From: Candidatus Pacearchaeota archaeon
GTDB taxonomy: Archaea > Nanobdellota > Nanobdellia > Pacearchaeales > JAPDKA01
Assembly: GCA_038817835.1 (NCBI GenBank)
Contig: JAWAZI010000004.1
Location: 2,542 to 66,541, forward strand
DNA: 64,000 nt
Direction of reading: 5' to 3'
Both the position numbers and the translations under genes were made by a program. Within the stretch, counting starts at the first letter, position 1. The number at the start of each line of letters is the position of its first letter. Positions 1-8,930 of the stretch are shown here, piece after piece. Below the pieces are notes generated by a model. That model was not told the DNA's origin. It saw only the letters and a list, made by a program, of their open reading frames with translations, and searched no databases.

Positions 1-895
1 CTAAATCATCAATACCTTTTTGACATAAAACAACATTTGCTCCTGATGCAATTATTTTTTCTGCCATATCTTCTAACATTTTTTCTTCTTGCTCTATAAA
101 TGCTTGAAGTTGTTCAGGACTAGTAATAGATATTTTAGTATCTGTTTCTGGAGTTTTTATTTCTAATGCACAATCTATCAATGCAATTTTTGCATTTTTA
201 ATATAAGTTGGCATATTTTCGCTTACTCTTTCCTTATCTAATACAATACCTTTAATTAATTCTGTATCCTCAATACCATAACCTTTCTTCTTTTCTAATT
301 TAATGGAATCTATATCAATAAACAATTTTCCATCTTTCTTTTCTATAACACTAGTAATGGCATCAACTATTATATTTGCTAATTTTTCTCTTGCAGTTTC
401 TGCTCCTTTTCCTGTCATTGCTGTAGTTGCTATTTTTTTCAAAATTTCTCTATCTTTTTCTGTAATTTTTACACTTAATTGCTTCTCCAAAATCTCTTCT
501 GCTTTCTCTTGAGCTTTTTGATAACCCCTAACTATAACAGATGGGTGTATTTTTTCATCAAGTAATTTTTCTGCATTCTCAAGAAGTTTTCCTGCAAGTA
601 CAACAGCTGTTGTTGTACCATCTCCTACTTCTGCTTCTTGTGTTTTTGCTATTTCAACCATCATCTTTGCTGCAGGATGCTCAACTTGCATTTCTTCAAG
701 AATTGTTACCCCATCATTAGTAACAATAATATCTCCTAAATTATCAACTAACATTTTATCCATCCCTTTTGGTCCTAATGTTGATTTAACCATATCTGCA
801 ACTATTCTTGCGGCCATAATATTATTTCTTTGTGCATCTTTACCAATCAACCTATAAACATTCTCTGGAAGGATATATATTGGTTGCTTCTCCAT
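1..895 (-). CDS. ths: Thermosome (group II chaperonin) subunit, N-terminal ~298 codons; the rest lies outside the window
   Basis: Not in the ORF track because there is no stop in the window. My reverse-strand translation from the ATG at 895-893 reads [102 protein letters not shown]. It contains the GPxGxDKM and GDGTTT chaperonin signatures. Confidence 0.9.
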   Translation of the reverse strand, partial: MEKQPIYILPENVYRLIGKDAQRNNIMAARIVADMVKSTLGPKGMDKMLVDNLGDIIVTNDGVTILEEMQVEHPAAKMMVEIAKTQEAEVGDGTTTAVVLAGKLLENAEKLLDEKIHPSVIVRGYQKAQEKAEEILEKQLSVKITEKDREILKKIATTAMTGKGAETAREKLANIIVDAITSVIEKKDGKLFIDIDSIKLEKKKGYGIEDTELIKGIVLDKERVSENMPTYIKNAKIALIDCALEIKTPETDTKISITSPEQLQAFIEQEEKMLEDMAEKIIASGANVVLCQKGIDDL

Positions 896-1030
896 TTTAA
901 TTAATTAAAAATTTAATTTAATTTCGAGATTATAATATTTAGCAATATGTTTTAAAAATTTTTCTTAAATTTTAAATATTTATATAAAGTGGTAACTAAA
1001 ATTTTAAAAGAAAAAAAATTTTATAATTTT

Positions 1031-1516
1031 ATGAAAACTGGAATTAAAGTTGGAGATATAATGACTAGAAATTTTGTTTCATGTAGCCCAGAAACAAGTT
1101 TAATTGATGCTGTAGAAAAAATGGTTAAAATGAAAGTAGGTTCTATAGTAGTAAAAACAGATGATAAGCTTGAAGGAATTCTAACTGAGAGAGATATATT
1201 GAATGTTGTATCAAAAAAACATAGTATAAAGGGATTAAAAGTTAAAGATGTAATGGAAAAAAGAGTTATTACAATAAGTCCATCTAAAGATATTTATGAT
1301 GCAATTTTATTAATGAAGAAAAAATATATAAGAAGGCTTCCTGTAGTTGAAAAAAATAAGCTCGTTGGATTTATAACTATTAGAGATATAATAAAAATAT
1401 TTCCATCATTATTTGATGTTTGGGCAGAAGCAATAAGAATTAAAGAAGAAAGTGAAAAACTGAAGAAGATACAAAGAAGTGAAGAAGAGGAATATTATGA
1501 GGAATATTTAAAATAA
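1031..1516 (+). CDS. CBS-domain pair protein
   Basis: ORF 989..1516 starts at GTG; the ATG at 1031 is more likely. Two CBS repeats are visible (VGDIMTRNFVSCSPETSLIDAVEKMVKMKVGSIVV and VKDVMEKRVITISPSKDIYDAILLMKKKYIRRLPVV...GFITIRDI), followed by an acidic tail. Confidence 0.8.
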   Translation: MKTGIKVGDIMTRNFVSCSPETSLIDAVEKMVKMKVGSIVVKTDDKLEGILTERDILNVVSKKHSIKGLKVKDVMEKRVITISPSKDIYDAILLMKKKYIRRLPVVEKNKLVGFITIRDIIKIFPSLFDVWAEAIRIKEESEKLKKIQRSEEEEYYEEYLK

Positions 1517-1520
1517 AAAA

Positions 1521-2789
1521 TTATATAATCTTTATTGATAAATTTTTTATTTTGTAATTTTCATTTTTTGCTATATTTTTAATTATTTTTTTAATATCTT
1601 TTGGTTTTTCTTTAGCATAAATAAACTTTCCTTTAATAAAAACTATTTTATGAGCTTTCTCGAAAGCTTTAACTGCACCATATAAATTTAAAGGTGGACC
1701 TTTAATTATTATTTCTTTTTTTTCTTTTATTATAAAAAAAATTTTTGCTTTATTTATATCATCAAACTCAAAAAAAGAATTAAAAATTAAATAATTTTCA
1801 TTCAAATTTTTTTCAACTTCTTTATAAAATTTTAATGCCTTGGCTCCTGCTACATCTGCTTTAGCATTTATCTCAATATTTATATTCAAAAATTTTGCTT
1901 TTTTTATTTTTGCCTTTTTTATTAATTTGTTTTCGTCCAAAATTTTTTTCTTGAAAAATTTCTTACTAGGATTAGACAAAAAAGATTTAGAGAAATTTAT
2001 AAATTTATTAAAATTCTCATTACTCAATGCTGCTAATACATTTCTATCTGGCTTTATAGGATCAACAAGTAAAATTGGACCTAACTTTGAAGGATTAAAT
2101 TTTTTTAATGCATCATTTTTATTTTTGTAGTATTTCTCTATATCAATATAAACAACAGGCTTCCATTTTACAGCATTCTTTAATAAATTTATAAAACTTC
2201 TATATTTTAAAATAAGTAATTCTAAACCATATCCGCTAAATCCTCTAATATAACTTTCTGCCCCATAACAATTTGCTGCTTTAGTAAATGCTTTTAAAAT
2301 TTTTACTTCTCTCTTTAGTTTATCATTAAATTTATTTTTTATATATTTAACATGTAAAGGAGAAAAATCCATTATGTTTTTTGCTTCATTTGGATTATCT
2401 ATTTTTAATACTGGTATCATTTCTAAATTTATTTTTTTATCCTTATAAAAAAATTGAAAAATAAAATAATCTCTAGAAGCATGAACTTTAAAAAATTTAA
2501 ATTTATATTTTTCTCCATTAATTTCTAAAAATTTTATCTTATTCAAGCATTTCTCAAGTTTTTTAGAAAGATCTTCTTCTTTTTTATTAAATAAAAAGAA
2601 TAAATCAATATCATATTTATCTGATTTTATTGTTGTTCCTTTTGCAACACTCCCACCAACAATAATTTCACCATATTTAAAATAATTTTTCATTTGTTGA
2701 ATTATATGATTTGCAACTTCAATCAATTCTTTCTCTTCAATTGTAATTTCTTCTAGAACTTTATCCAAAATTTTTTTTATTTTTCCCAT
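1521..2789 (-). CDS. cca: Archaeal-type (class I) CCA-adding tRNA nucleotidyltransferase
   Basis: N-terminal GGSVAKGTTIKSDKYDIDLFFLF matches the Gly-Ser...DxD polymerase-beta-type nucleotidyltransferase motif. The 422-aa size and layout fit archaeal CCA enzymes, and none of the four tRNA genes in the window encodes CCA. Confidence 0.75.
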   Translation of the reverse strand: MGKIKKILDKVLEEITIEEKELIEVANHIIQQMKNYFKYGEIIVGGSVAKGTTIKSDKYDIDLFFLFNKKEEDLSKKLEKCLNKIKFLEINGEKYKFKFFKVHASRDYFIFQFFYKDKKINLEMIPVLKIDNPNEAKNIMDFSPLHVKYIKNKFNDKLKREVKILKAFTKAANCYGAESYIRGFSGYGLELLILKYRSFINLLKNAVKWKPVVYIDIEKYYKNKNDALKKFNPSKLGPILLVDPIKPDRNVLAALSNENFNKFINFSKSFLSNPSKKFFKKKILDENKLIKKAKIKKAKFLNINIEINAKADVAGAKALKFYKEVEKNLNENYLIFNSFFEFDDINKAKIFFIIKEKKEIIIKGPPLNLYGAVKAFEKAHKIVFIKGKFIYAKEKPKDIKKIIKNIAKNENYKIKNLSIKII

Positions 2790-3217
2790 ATATATAAAAT
2801 AAATTTTTTTGTTTCTATTTTATCATTAGTATCATTAATATAAGAAATCAATATACTTTCTGAATAAATATTCTTTTTTATTTCTGCCACATTATATGGA
2901 TAAAAATCACTGCATGTTGAATATGGCTTAGTTATACAAAAAGAAAAATTATAATTACTAGATATAGAATAAAGCTTATTTGATATATAAGAATTTATTA
3001 ATTCATTATTATCATTAATATTATTATTAATAATATAATTTCTGATTGTATAATTTTTTTCTATTCCATCTAAAATAACTCTTAAAATTTCTTTAGCTTT
3101 ATCATCTTTTCCATAATTTTTCATTTGTTGAGAAACAAAAAATATCAAAGCTGAAAGAATTATTAAAACACCAATAATTGATTCTACAATTCTCCACCAA
3201 GCTTTTTTATTTTTCAT
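2777..3217 (-). CDS. Putative minor pilin-like protein (N-terminal hydrophobic helix)
   Basis: MKNKKAWWRIVESIIGVLIILSALIFFV has a short basic segment, then a ~20-residue hydrophobic helix with a Glu near its start. The C-terminus ...FILYIWEK resembles the end of the upstream 217-aa protein. It is the last gene of the pilus operon. Confidence 0.4.
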   Translation of the reverse strand: MKNKKAWWRIVESIIGVLIILSALIFFVSQQMKNYGKDDKAKEILRVILDGIEKNYTIRNYIINNNINDNNELINSYISNKLYSISSNYNFSFCITKPYSTCSDFYPYNVAEIKKNIYSESILISYINDTNDKIETKKFILYIWEK

Positions 3218-3218
3218 T

Positions 3219-3872
3219 TTACCATATATAAAATATAACTTTCACAAATTTTATTTGGTTATTTTCTAATTTTTTATATATTTTTTGTTTTGCAAATATA
3301 TTAGTTTTAGGTATAGGCATTCCCAAACTTCCAACCATTTTTCCATCAAAATCATAAATAGATATATTGAAATCATTCTTAAGTCCAGGAATAAGAATAT
3401 TTTTTAAATTTTCATAATCGTAATCGCTTATATCTAAAATAAATTTCTCTGAAATTGGTGGAGAATAATAAATTTCAACATCATAAGCATTATCACATTG
3501 TGGATTAGTATTATAATTTATTGTTTCATTAGAAACAAGTAAAAAAAATTCATTTTCATTATAATTTAAAATAATTTTATTATTATTAAAATCATAATTT
3601 AAATTTTCCCAATTTTTATTAAATAATAAAATATTACTAAAATCAAAATTTTTATAAGTTTTAAATTTTATACATCCAGTTTGATTAACAACTGCCTTAA
3701 TTATAAAAATTTCTTTTGCAAAATTTCTATCAAAATTTTTTTCAATAATGTTTAATGATGTTAAATACTCTGGTCTAAAATATGGAGAAAATATAAAAAA
3801 TAATATAGAAATCCCAAATAAAAAAATTGAGAAAGCAATAAGTACTTCAACATAACTTACTGCTTTCTTCAT
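3219..3872 (-). CDS. Prepilin-like protein (class III signal peptide-like, Glu at +5)
   Basis: MKKA|VSYVEVLIAFSIFLFGISILF has K-A at -2/-1, Glu at +5 and a hydrophobic helix. The C-terminus is ...VKVIFYIW. Confidence 0.5.
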   Translation of the reverse strand: MKKAVSYVEVLIAFSIFLFGISILFFIFSPYFRPEYLTSLNIIEKNFDRNFAKEIFIIKAVVNQTGCIKFKTYKNFDFSNILLFNKNWENLNYDFNNNKIILNYNENEFFLLVSNETINYNTNPQCDNAYDVEIYYSPPISEKFILDISDYDYENLKNILIPGLKNDFNISIYDFDGKMVGSLGMPIPKTNIFAKQKIYKKLENNQIKFVKVIFYIW

Positions 3873-3901
3873 TTTTAAATAATTTTTTTAATTTTATAAA
3901 T

Positions 3902-4735
3902 TTATTTTAAAAATAATCTAACACCTTGAAATATTAAAAATGATATAGCAACTAGAATAAATGAATGTTTTAACCCAGATAATATTTTACCTTCTGATAA
4001 TTTTCCTATAACTATTCCTGCAAAAAAACCTTGAATTAAAATTAAGAAAAAAATTAAATTATTAAGAAACTCAACATTTATATTACTTATAAATTGGTAC
4101 TCTTGTTGTTGTGGGATTATTTTAAACATTTCAGGAATAAATTTTAGTTGAAGTATTATCATTATAATCAAAAAAATAAAAAATATAATATATCCTTGCA
4201 CAATCATAGAATGAACAACCATAGCTCTTTTTTTATTTATCTCTTGGATTTCTCTAACACTTTTTACTGTAGATTCTAAAATACTTTCTATTTTTCCTCC
4301 TGCAGTTTCTGCTTGCCTTATTAATTCTATAGCTCTAGAAATAACTTTATTTTCTGTTTCTTTAGCAAATATTAAAAGAGCTTTATTTAAGGGTATACCT
4401 AAAGTAATCTGATTTGCTAATTTTTTTATATTATAATCTAAACTTTTATAATCTCTTTTTGATATATTTATTATAGATTTTGATATTGGTATTCCTGTAG
4501 CTACAGATTCAGATAAACTCAATAAAAATTCTAAAAACATTTCTTCTTTTTCTTTCTCTTTCTCTACTTTATAAATTATATCAAAAATAAAAGGTAAACA
4601 TAAAATCAATAAACTTAATCCTGTAATAAAATAAAATATTTTCATATTATCCTCATTGAAAAAAAAGATAAAATTTAATACTAAAATAATTAAAGTAAAA
4701 ATAATTGCAATGTGGTGATATCTCTTCAGTTTCAT
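3902..4735 (-). CDS. Type II secretion system F / FlaJ-TadC-like polytopic membrane protein
   Basis: N-terminal TM helices are followed by a cytoplasmic helical domain (GIPISKSIINISKRDYKSLDYNIKKLANQITLGIPLNKALLIFAKETENKVISRAIELIRQAETAGGKIESIL) and then C-terminal TM helices. This is the T2SS-F domain pattern. Confidence 0.75.
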   Translation of the reverse strand: MKLKRYHHIAIIFTLIILVLNFIFFFNEDNMKIFYFITGLSLLILCLPFIFDIIYKVEKEKEKEEMFLEFLLSLSESVATGIPISKSIINISKRDYKSLDYNIKKLANQITLGIPLNKALLIFAKETENKVISRAIELIRQAETAGGKIESILESTVKSVREIQEINKKRAMVVHSMIVQGYIIFFIFLIIMIILQLKFIPEMFKIIPQQQEYQFISNINVEFLNNLIFFLILIQGFFAGIVIGKLSEGKILSGLKHSFILVAISFLIFQGVRLFLK

Positions 4736-4736
4736 T

Positions 4737-5717
4737 TTAAGATGGTGGTGTAACTATTTGAAGATATATTATAAATATTATATTCAAAATAATAATTACT
4801 ATTAAACCTAAAATTGATAGTTGTGTTACAGATAATCCACCAATAGTTGCATTAGGAATTAAACCTATAAAAAATAAAAGTAACATAAAAATCATTGGAG
4901 CAGTAATTAATAAACCAGTATAAATATCTGAATAAACTCCTGCAGAAATTGAAAATTTTTCTCTTGAAACTTTATAATTTGTTAAAAATTTCTTTGACTC
5001 TTCATTAAAATATTCATTTAAATCTCCACCAGTAATAATATTTGTAGCAACACCATTAAGCATTTCCACTAAGTTTTTATTTGGTATTAATTTTATTGAT
5101 TCTCTTATTGCAGTAACTAAATCCATACCTAAAAAATTTATTTTATTTGTAATTTTTCTTATTTGTTTTGAAATTTCTTTAAATTCATTTGATTCTGAAA
5201 TTAAGTTGAAAATTTTAACTGGAGGAACTCCACTTCCTGCTATAGTTGCCATATATAAAGCTGCAAAAGGAAGTTCTGCCTCTATTTTTCTTTCAATATT
5301 TTTTATTTCTATTTTAGGATAAAAAAACAAAATTAAAAAAACTAAAAATGTAAATAAAAAACTAAAAAATATATTTCTAATAATTATAAAAATTGGGGAA
5401 CCAATTGAAATGAAAATTGCAAATAAAAGTGAAGCTATAAAAAAAATTAAAGTTACAAAAAAGATTAAACTTAAGTAACTTGACAACAATAAAGATATAT
5501 TTGCTTTTTTCAGATCTAGATTATAATTTTTTAAAAAATTTTTTCTTGCTAAAGAGATAGAAAAATTTCCAAAAATAGAATTAGCTAAAGAAACAAAAAA
5601 ATTTGGTTTTTCTATTTCTTCTAATTTTTCTTTTTTTTCTTTTTGTTTTAAAATTTTTTTTAATTTTTTTACATCTTCTTCCCTTATTTTTAACTCTTTA
5701 TATATTTCTTCTCTCAT
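4737..5717 (-). CDS. Type II secretion system F / FlaJ-TadB-like polytopic membrane protein
   Basis: ELPFAALYMATIAGSGVPPVKIFNLISESNEFKEISKQIRKITNKINFLGMDLVTAIRESI...GGDLNEYF is flanked by TM helices. Its start overlaps the ATPase stop. Confidence 0.75.
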   Translation of the reverse strand: MREEIYKELKIREEDVKKLKKILKQKEKKEKLEEIEKPNFFVSLANSIFGNFSISLARKNFLKNYNLDLKKANISLLLSSYLSLIFFVTLIFFIASLLFAIFISIGSPIFIIIRNIFFSFLFTFLVFLILFFYPKIEIKNIERKIEAELPFAALYMATIAGSGVPPVKIFNLISESNEFKEISKQIRKITNKINFLGMDLVTAIRESIKLIPNKNLVEMLNGVATNIITGGDLNEYFNEESKKFLTNYKVSREKFSISAGVYSDIYTGLLITAPMIFMLLLFFIGLIPNATIGGLSVTQLSILGLIVIIILNIIFIIYLQIVTPPS

Positions 5718-7288
5718 AGATATCCTGCTAATTGAGAAGGATTTTTATAGTAAAGATTAATAATTCTTTGAACTTCATAAAAATCAAAAATTTTTCTTGT
5801 AACTAAATTATAAAGCAATCTTGTTCTTATATTAAATTCTTTCTTCAGTTCTTCAATTTTTATTCCATATCTTTCACTTATTTTTTCAAAACATTTTATT
5901 TCTGTTCTATAATAAAATTTGTCATCACTAGGATTCCATAGATAAGGAACATTTACAGTTGCTGTTCCATCTTCACTTATATTAATTATCTCAACTATCT
6001 TTGCAAGTTTTCTAGTTTCTTGTCCTCTAACTAAAGCATGTTGCATAATTGCAACAACATCCAAAACATTCATTAAAGTTGGACTTAAGCTTATTGGTGG
6101 AGTTTGAAGTCTTTTTATTACTGCTTCAACAGAATCTGCATGAATAGTACTTAATGAAGCATGACCACTAGCCATTCCTTGAAATAAAACATAAGCTTCC
6201 TTACCTCTAACTTCTCCAACTATAACATAATCAGGCCTCTGTCTAAAACTTTCTTTTAATAGTGTAAACAAATCTATTTCACCAACTCCTCCAATTCCTG
6301 ATCTTGTGACACTAGGAAGCCAATTTTCTCTAGCCAAATTAATTTCTCTTGTATCTTCAATACTAACAACTCTTGCTTCAGGAGGGATAAAAAATGCTAG
6401 AGCATTTAGTAAAGTTGTTTTTCCACTTCCTGTTCCACCAGTAACTAAAATATTCATTTTATATTGTAATAGTATCCAAAAATAAGCCATCATCTCAGGA
6501 CTAACTGTTCTGAAATTTATAAGATGGACTGGTGTCCATGGAATTTTTGTAAATTTTCTAATTGTAAATGTTGGCCCTTTACTTGTAACTTCTGTTGTAT
6601 AAGTAGCATTAACTCTACTTCCATCTGGTAATGTACCATCTAATAGAGGATTAGCATAACTTATATATTTTCCACATCTTTGAGCAAGTTTCTCAACAAA
6701 ACTAGCAAGATATTCCATATCTCTATAAATAATATTTGTCCTTATATTTCTATAAATTCTATGAACAATATATACTGGTGTATTAATACCATTACACCCT
6801 ATATCCTCAATAAAATAATCTCTCAACAAGGGTTCTATCTCATTAAATCCTATAAAATCTCTATAAATATAATAAAATATTTTTGAATAAGTTTGCTGAG
6901 AAATTCTTATTGATAATTCTTCTATAATAAGTTTAATTATTTTATCTAAATAATCTAAAATTTCTGATTGAGATTTTTCAGTTAAATAACTTATATTTAT
7001 TATTTCTTGTAAAGCTTGTTTTATTATTTCTAATATTCTTTTCTCATTTTGATTAAGCAATGGTTCCTCAATTTCATAAATAACTTCCCCCAATGAAGAA
7101 TTCCAATATATATGAGCATAAGCATATGGAAATATTAAAGGATATCTAACATTTATTTTAGTTTTATCTTCTATTTTTTTTAGATTTGGAAGTGGTGGAT
7201 TTAAATCAATAAAAGGATATGTATATTTTGGTTTTAAAGTATATAATGGTACTTCAGGTTCTTTTTTATTTTCTTTTTCCATTTTCAC
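5714..7288 (-). CDS. FlaI/PilB/VirB11-family secretion (type IV pilus assembly) ATPase
   Basis: Walker A VTGGTGSGKTTLLNAL, Asp box RVVSIEDTREI, Walker B-like PDYVIVGEVRGKEA and His box STIHA are all present. Confidence 0.9.
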   Translation of the reverse strand: MKMEKENKKEPEVPLYTLKPKYTYPFIDLNPPLPNLKKIEDKTKINVRYPLIFPYAYAHIYWNSSLGEVIYEIEEPLLNQNEKRILEIIKQALQEIINISYLTEKSQSEILDYLDKIIKLIIEELSIRISQQTYSKIFYYIYRDFIGFNEIEPLLRDYFIEDIGCNGINTPVYIVHRIYRNIRTNIIYRDMEYLASFVEKLAQRCGKYISYANPLLDGTLPDGSRVNATYTTEVTSKGPTFTIRKFTKIPWTPVHLINFRTVSPEMMAYFWILLQYKMNILVTGGTGSGKTTLLNALAFFIPPEARVVSIEDTREINLARENWLPSVTRSGIGGVGEIDLFTLLKESFRQRPDYVIVGEVRGKEAYVLFQGMASGHASLSTIHADSVEAVIKRLQTPPISLSPTLMNVLDVVAIMQHALVRGQETRKLAKIVEIINISEDGTATVNVPYLWNPSDDKFYYRTEIKCFEKISERYGIKIEELKKEFNIRTRLLYNLVTRKIFDFYEVQRIINLYYKNPSQLAGYL

Positions 7289-7327
7289 CTCTTTTAAAAA
7301 ATAAAAAAAATTAAGTATTTAAGCTTT

Positions 7328-7858
7328 TTATAATAAAGAAATATAAATTGTATTATTAGGATTATCAGTAGATGGAGGACCTAAATTTTCTATAAATAAT
7401 GTATAAGGGGTAGTCGATTGAGTTAGTGAAATATTTTTTCCTTCTTCATTTGGAGATGTTGTTATATTTATTGGCTCAGAATATGTTATCCATAGCATTG
7501 TTTCAATTTTCCCTCTAGTTTTATTAGTAATTAAATTTATCTTGCCAATATTTATCAATGTTCCTGGCTGTGAAAATTCAAAATTTGTTGTTATAGTGTA
7601 AATAATTTGATCTCTCTCTGGGATTATTTTTAGTTCTCCTTTATTAATTTTTATTTCAAAACTTCTTTTTGTTCCAATTACATCATTAACTTCATATATC
7701 GTAGAATCAAGACTATTCATAACATTAATCATATAATTAATAACAAATCTATCTCTAGCTTCATCTATTTTAGGTTTGGCTGCAATAATTAATGTTGAAA
7801 TTATTGTTAGACCTATAAGTATATAAATTATTGTAGATACCCAAACTTGTGATTTCAT
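7328..7858 (-). CDS. Pilin-like protein (N-terminal hydrophobic helix, atypical cleavage motif)
   Basis: MKSQVWVSTIIYILIGLTIISTLIIAA is followed by a beta-rich Thr/Asn-rich body. It sits between the pilin genes and the ATPase gene. It has no canonical K/R-G/A cleavage motif. Confidence 0.4.
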   Translation of the reverse strand: MKSQVWVSTIIYILIGLTIISTLIIAAKPKIDEARDRFVINYMINVMNSLDSTIYEVNDVIGTKRSFEIKINKGELKIIPERDQIIYTITTNFEFSQPGTLINIGKINLITNKTRGKIETMLWITYSEPINITTSPNEEGKNISLTQSTTPYTLFIENLGPPSTDNPNNTIYISLL

Positions 7859-7861
7859 TTT

Positions 7862-8365
7862 TTAACATTCTTCTAAGCTCTCTGTAACAAAATTTGAACA
7901 TATTTCTTCTCTAGTTCCAACCTTAACTATTGGTGCAGCTCCAACTTCGGTAGCAATAAAGTCAACTATTATTTTATAGGTTCTTGCTTCTCCTTTAGAT
8001 GGAAGTTCTATATTTCTTGTCCATGTAGTTCCATTCCACATAAAAATATCAGTGGAAATTTTTGGGATTATCTTATAAACTCTCTTTGTTCCTTCTCCTG
8101 AAACTTGTAAATTAATGCCAACTAAATCAAAATCTTCTAAAGGTCTTTCTATCATCACTATAACACTTTTTTCATTCCTATTAAAGCATGTCCATCCCTG
8201 TGTTTTCTCTATTATTAGTCTTGTATTTAAACCACACGCTTTTCCATGCCATAAACCCTTTTGAACTAATGGTAATATTGCTCCCCAAATTATTCCAACT
8301 GCTGCAATAGTTATCAAAACAAGTAAAACTGTTGCAATCAAAGCTGATATACCTCTTTTTTCCAT
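7862..8365 (-). CDS. Archaeal type IV pilin (class III signal peptide)
   Basis: MEKRG|ISALIATVLLVLITIAAVGIIW is the canonical archaeal prepilin/preflagellin N-terminus. Confidence 0.75.
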   Translation of the reverse strand: MEKRGISALIATVLLVLITIAAVGIIWGAILPLVQKGLWHGKACGLNTRLIIEKTQGWTCFNRNEKSVIVMIERPLEDFDLVGINLQVSGEGTKRVYKIIPKISTDIFMWNGTTWTRNIELPSKGEARTYKIIVDFIATEVGAAPIVKVGTREEICSNFVTESLEEC

Positions 8366-8408
8366 TTCAAATAATTTATTTAAATATTATTTAAATTTTT
8401 TGAAAATA

Positions 8409-8861
8409 TTATTGTAAAATTTTTACTTTTACTTGTGTTTCACAAATAAATTCTAATGGTTTATTGCTTTTTTCTCCTACTCCAAGTAATACTGGATATA
8501 TCTCAACTTTTTTTACATTACTTAAATCTGAAATATCAAAACTAGCATATTTACCAGCACTTAATGCTTCATCTGGTTTACCACTAGCAAAATAAAATTC
8601 AGAACTTTTTTTACCATCTTCATATTTAACTAAAAGTATTTTCCAAATATTTACATTCCCTATATTATTAATTCTAATTTCATCTCCTTGGATATCTACT
8701 TCAAAGTTTACATCTTCACATAATTTCTCAATAGGGTTACCAAATTTCAAAACTTTTTCTCCTATGAAGCCGCGAGTCCATAAAAAAATTATAATAAACA
8801 ATGCAAAAGCTATTGCAATCAAGCCAACAGTAGCTATAACTGGGCTTAAAGCTTTTTTCAT
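8409..8861 (-). CDS. Archaeal type IV pilin (class III signal peptide)
   Basis: MKKA|LSPVIATVGLIAIAFALFIIIF is a canonical archaeal pilin N-terminus. It is the first gene of the operon, so it is a candidate major pilin. Confidence 0.75.
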   Translation of the reverse strand: MKKALSPVIATVGLIAIAFALFIIIFLWTRGFIGEKVLKFGNPIEKLCEDVNFEVDIQGDEIRINNIGNVNIWKILLVKYEDGKKSSEFYFASGKPDEALSAGKYASFDISDLSNVKKVEIYPVLLGVGEKSNKPLEFICETQVKVKILQ

Positions 8862-8930
8862 TAAATTTAGAAATTATTAAGTTTTATAAATTTTTTTAAA
8901 TTTTTAAAGTTAAAAAATTTATTTTTTTAA

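Noticed and set aside
895-1031. TATA-box-like strings (TTTAAATA, TTTATATA) upstream of many genes, for example in the thermosome/CBS divergent region
   Set aside because: Such strings occur everywhere in this AT-rich sequence. Without transcription start data, individual promoter calls would be unsupported, so none were annotated.
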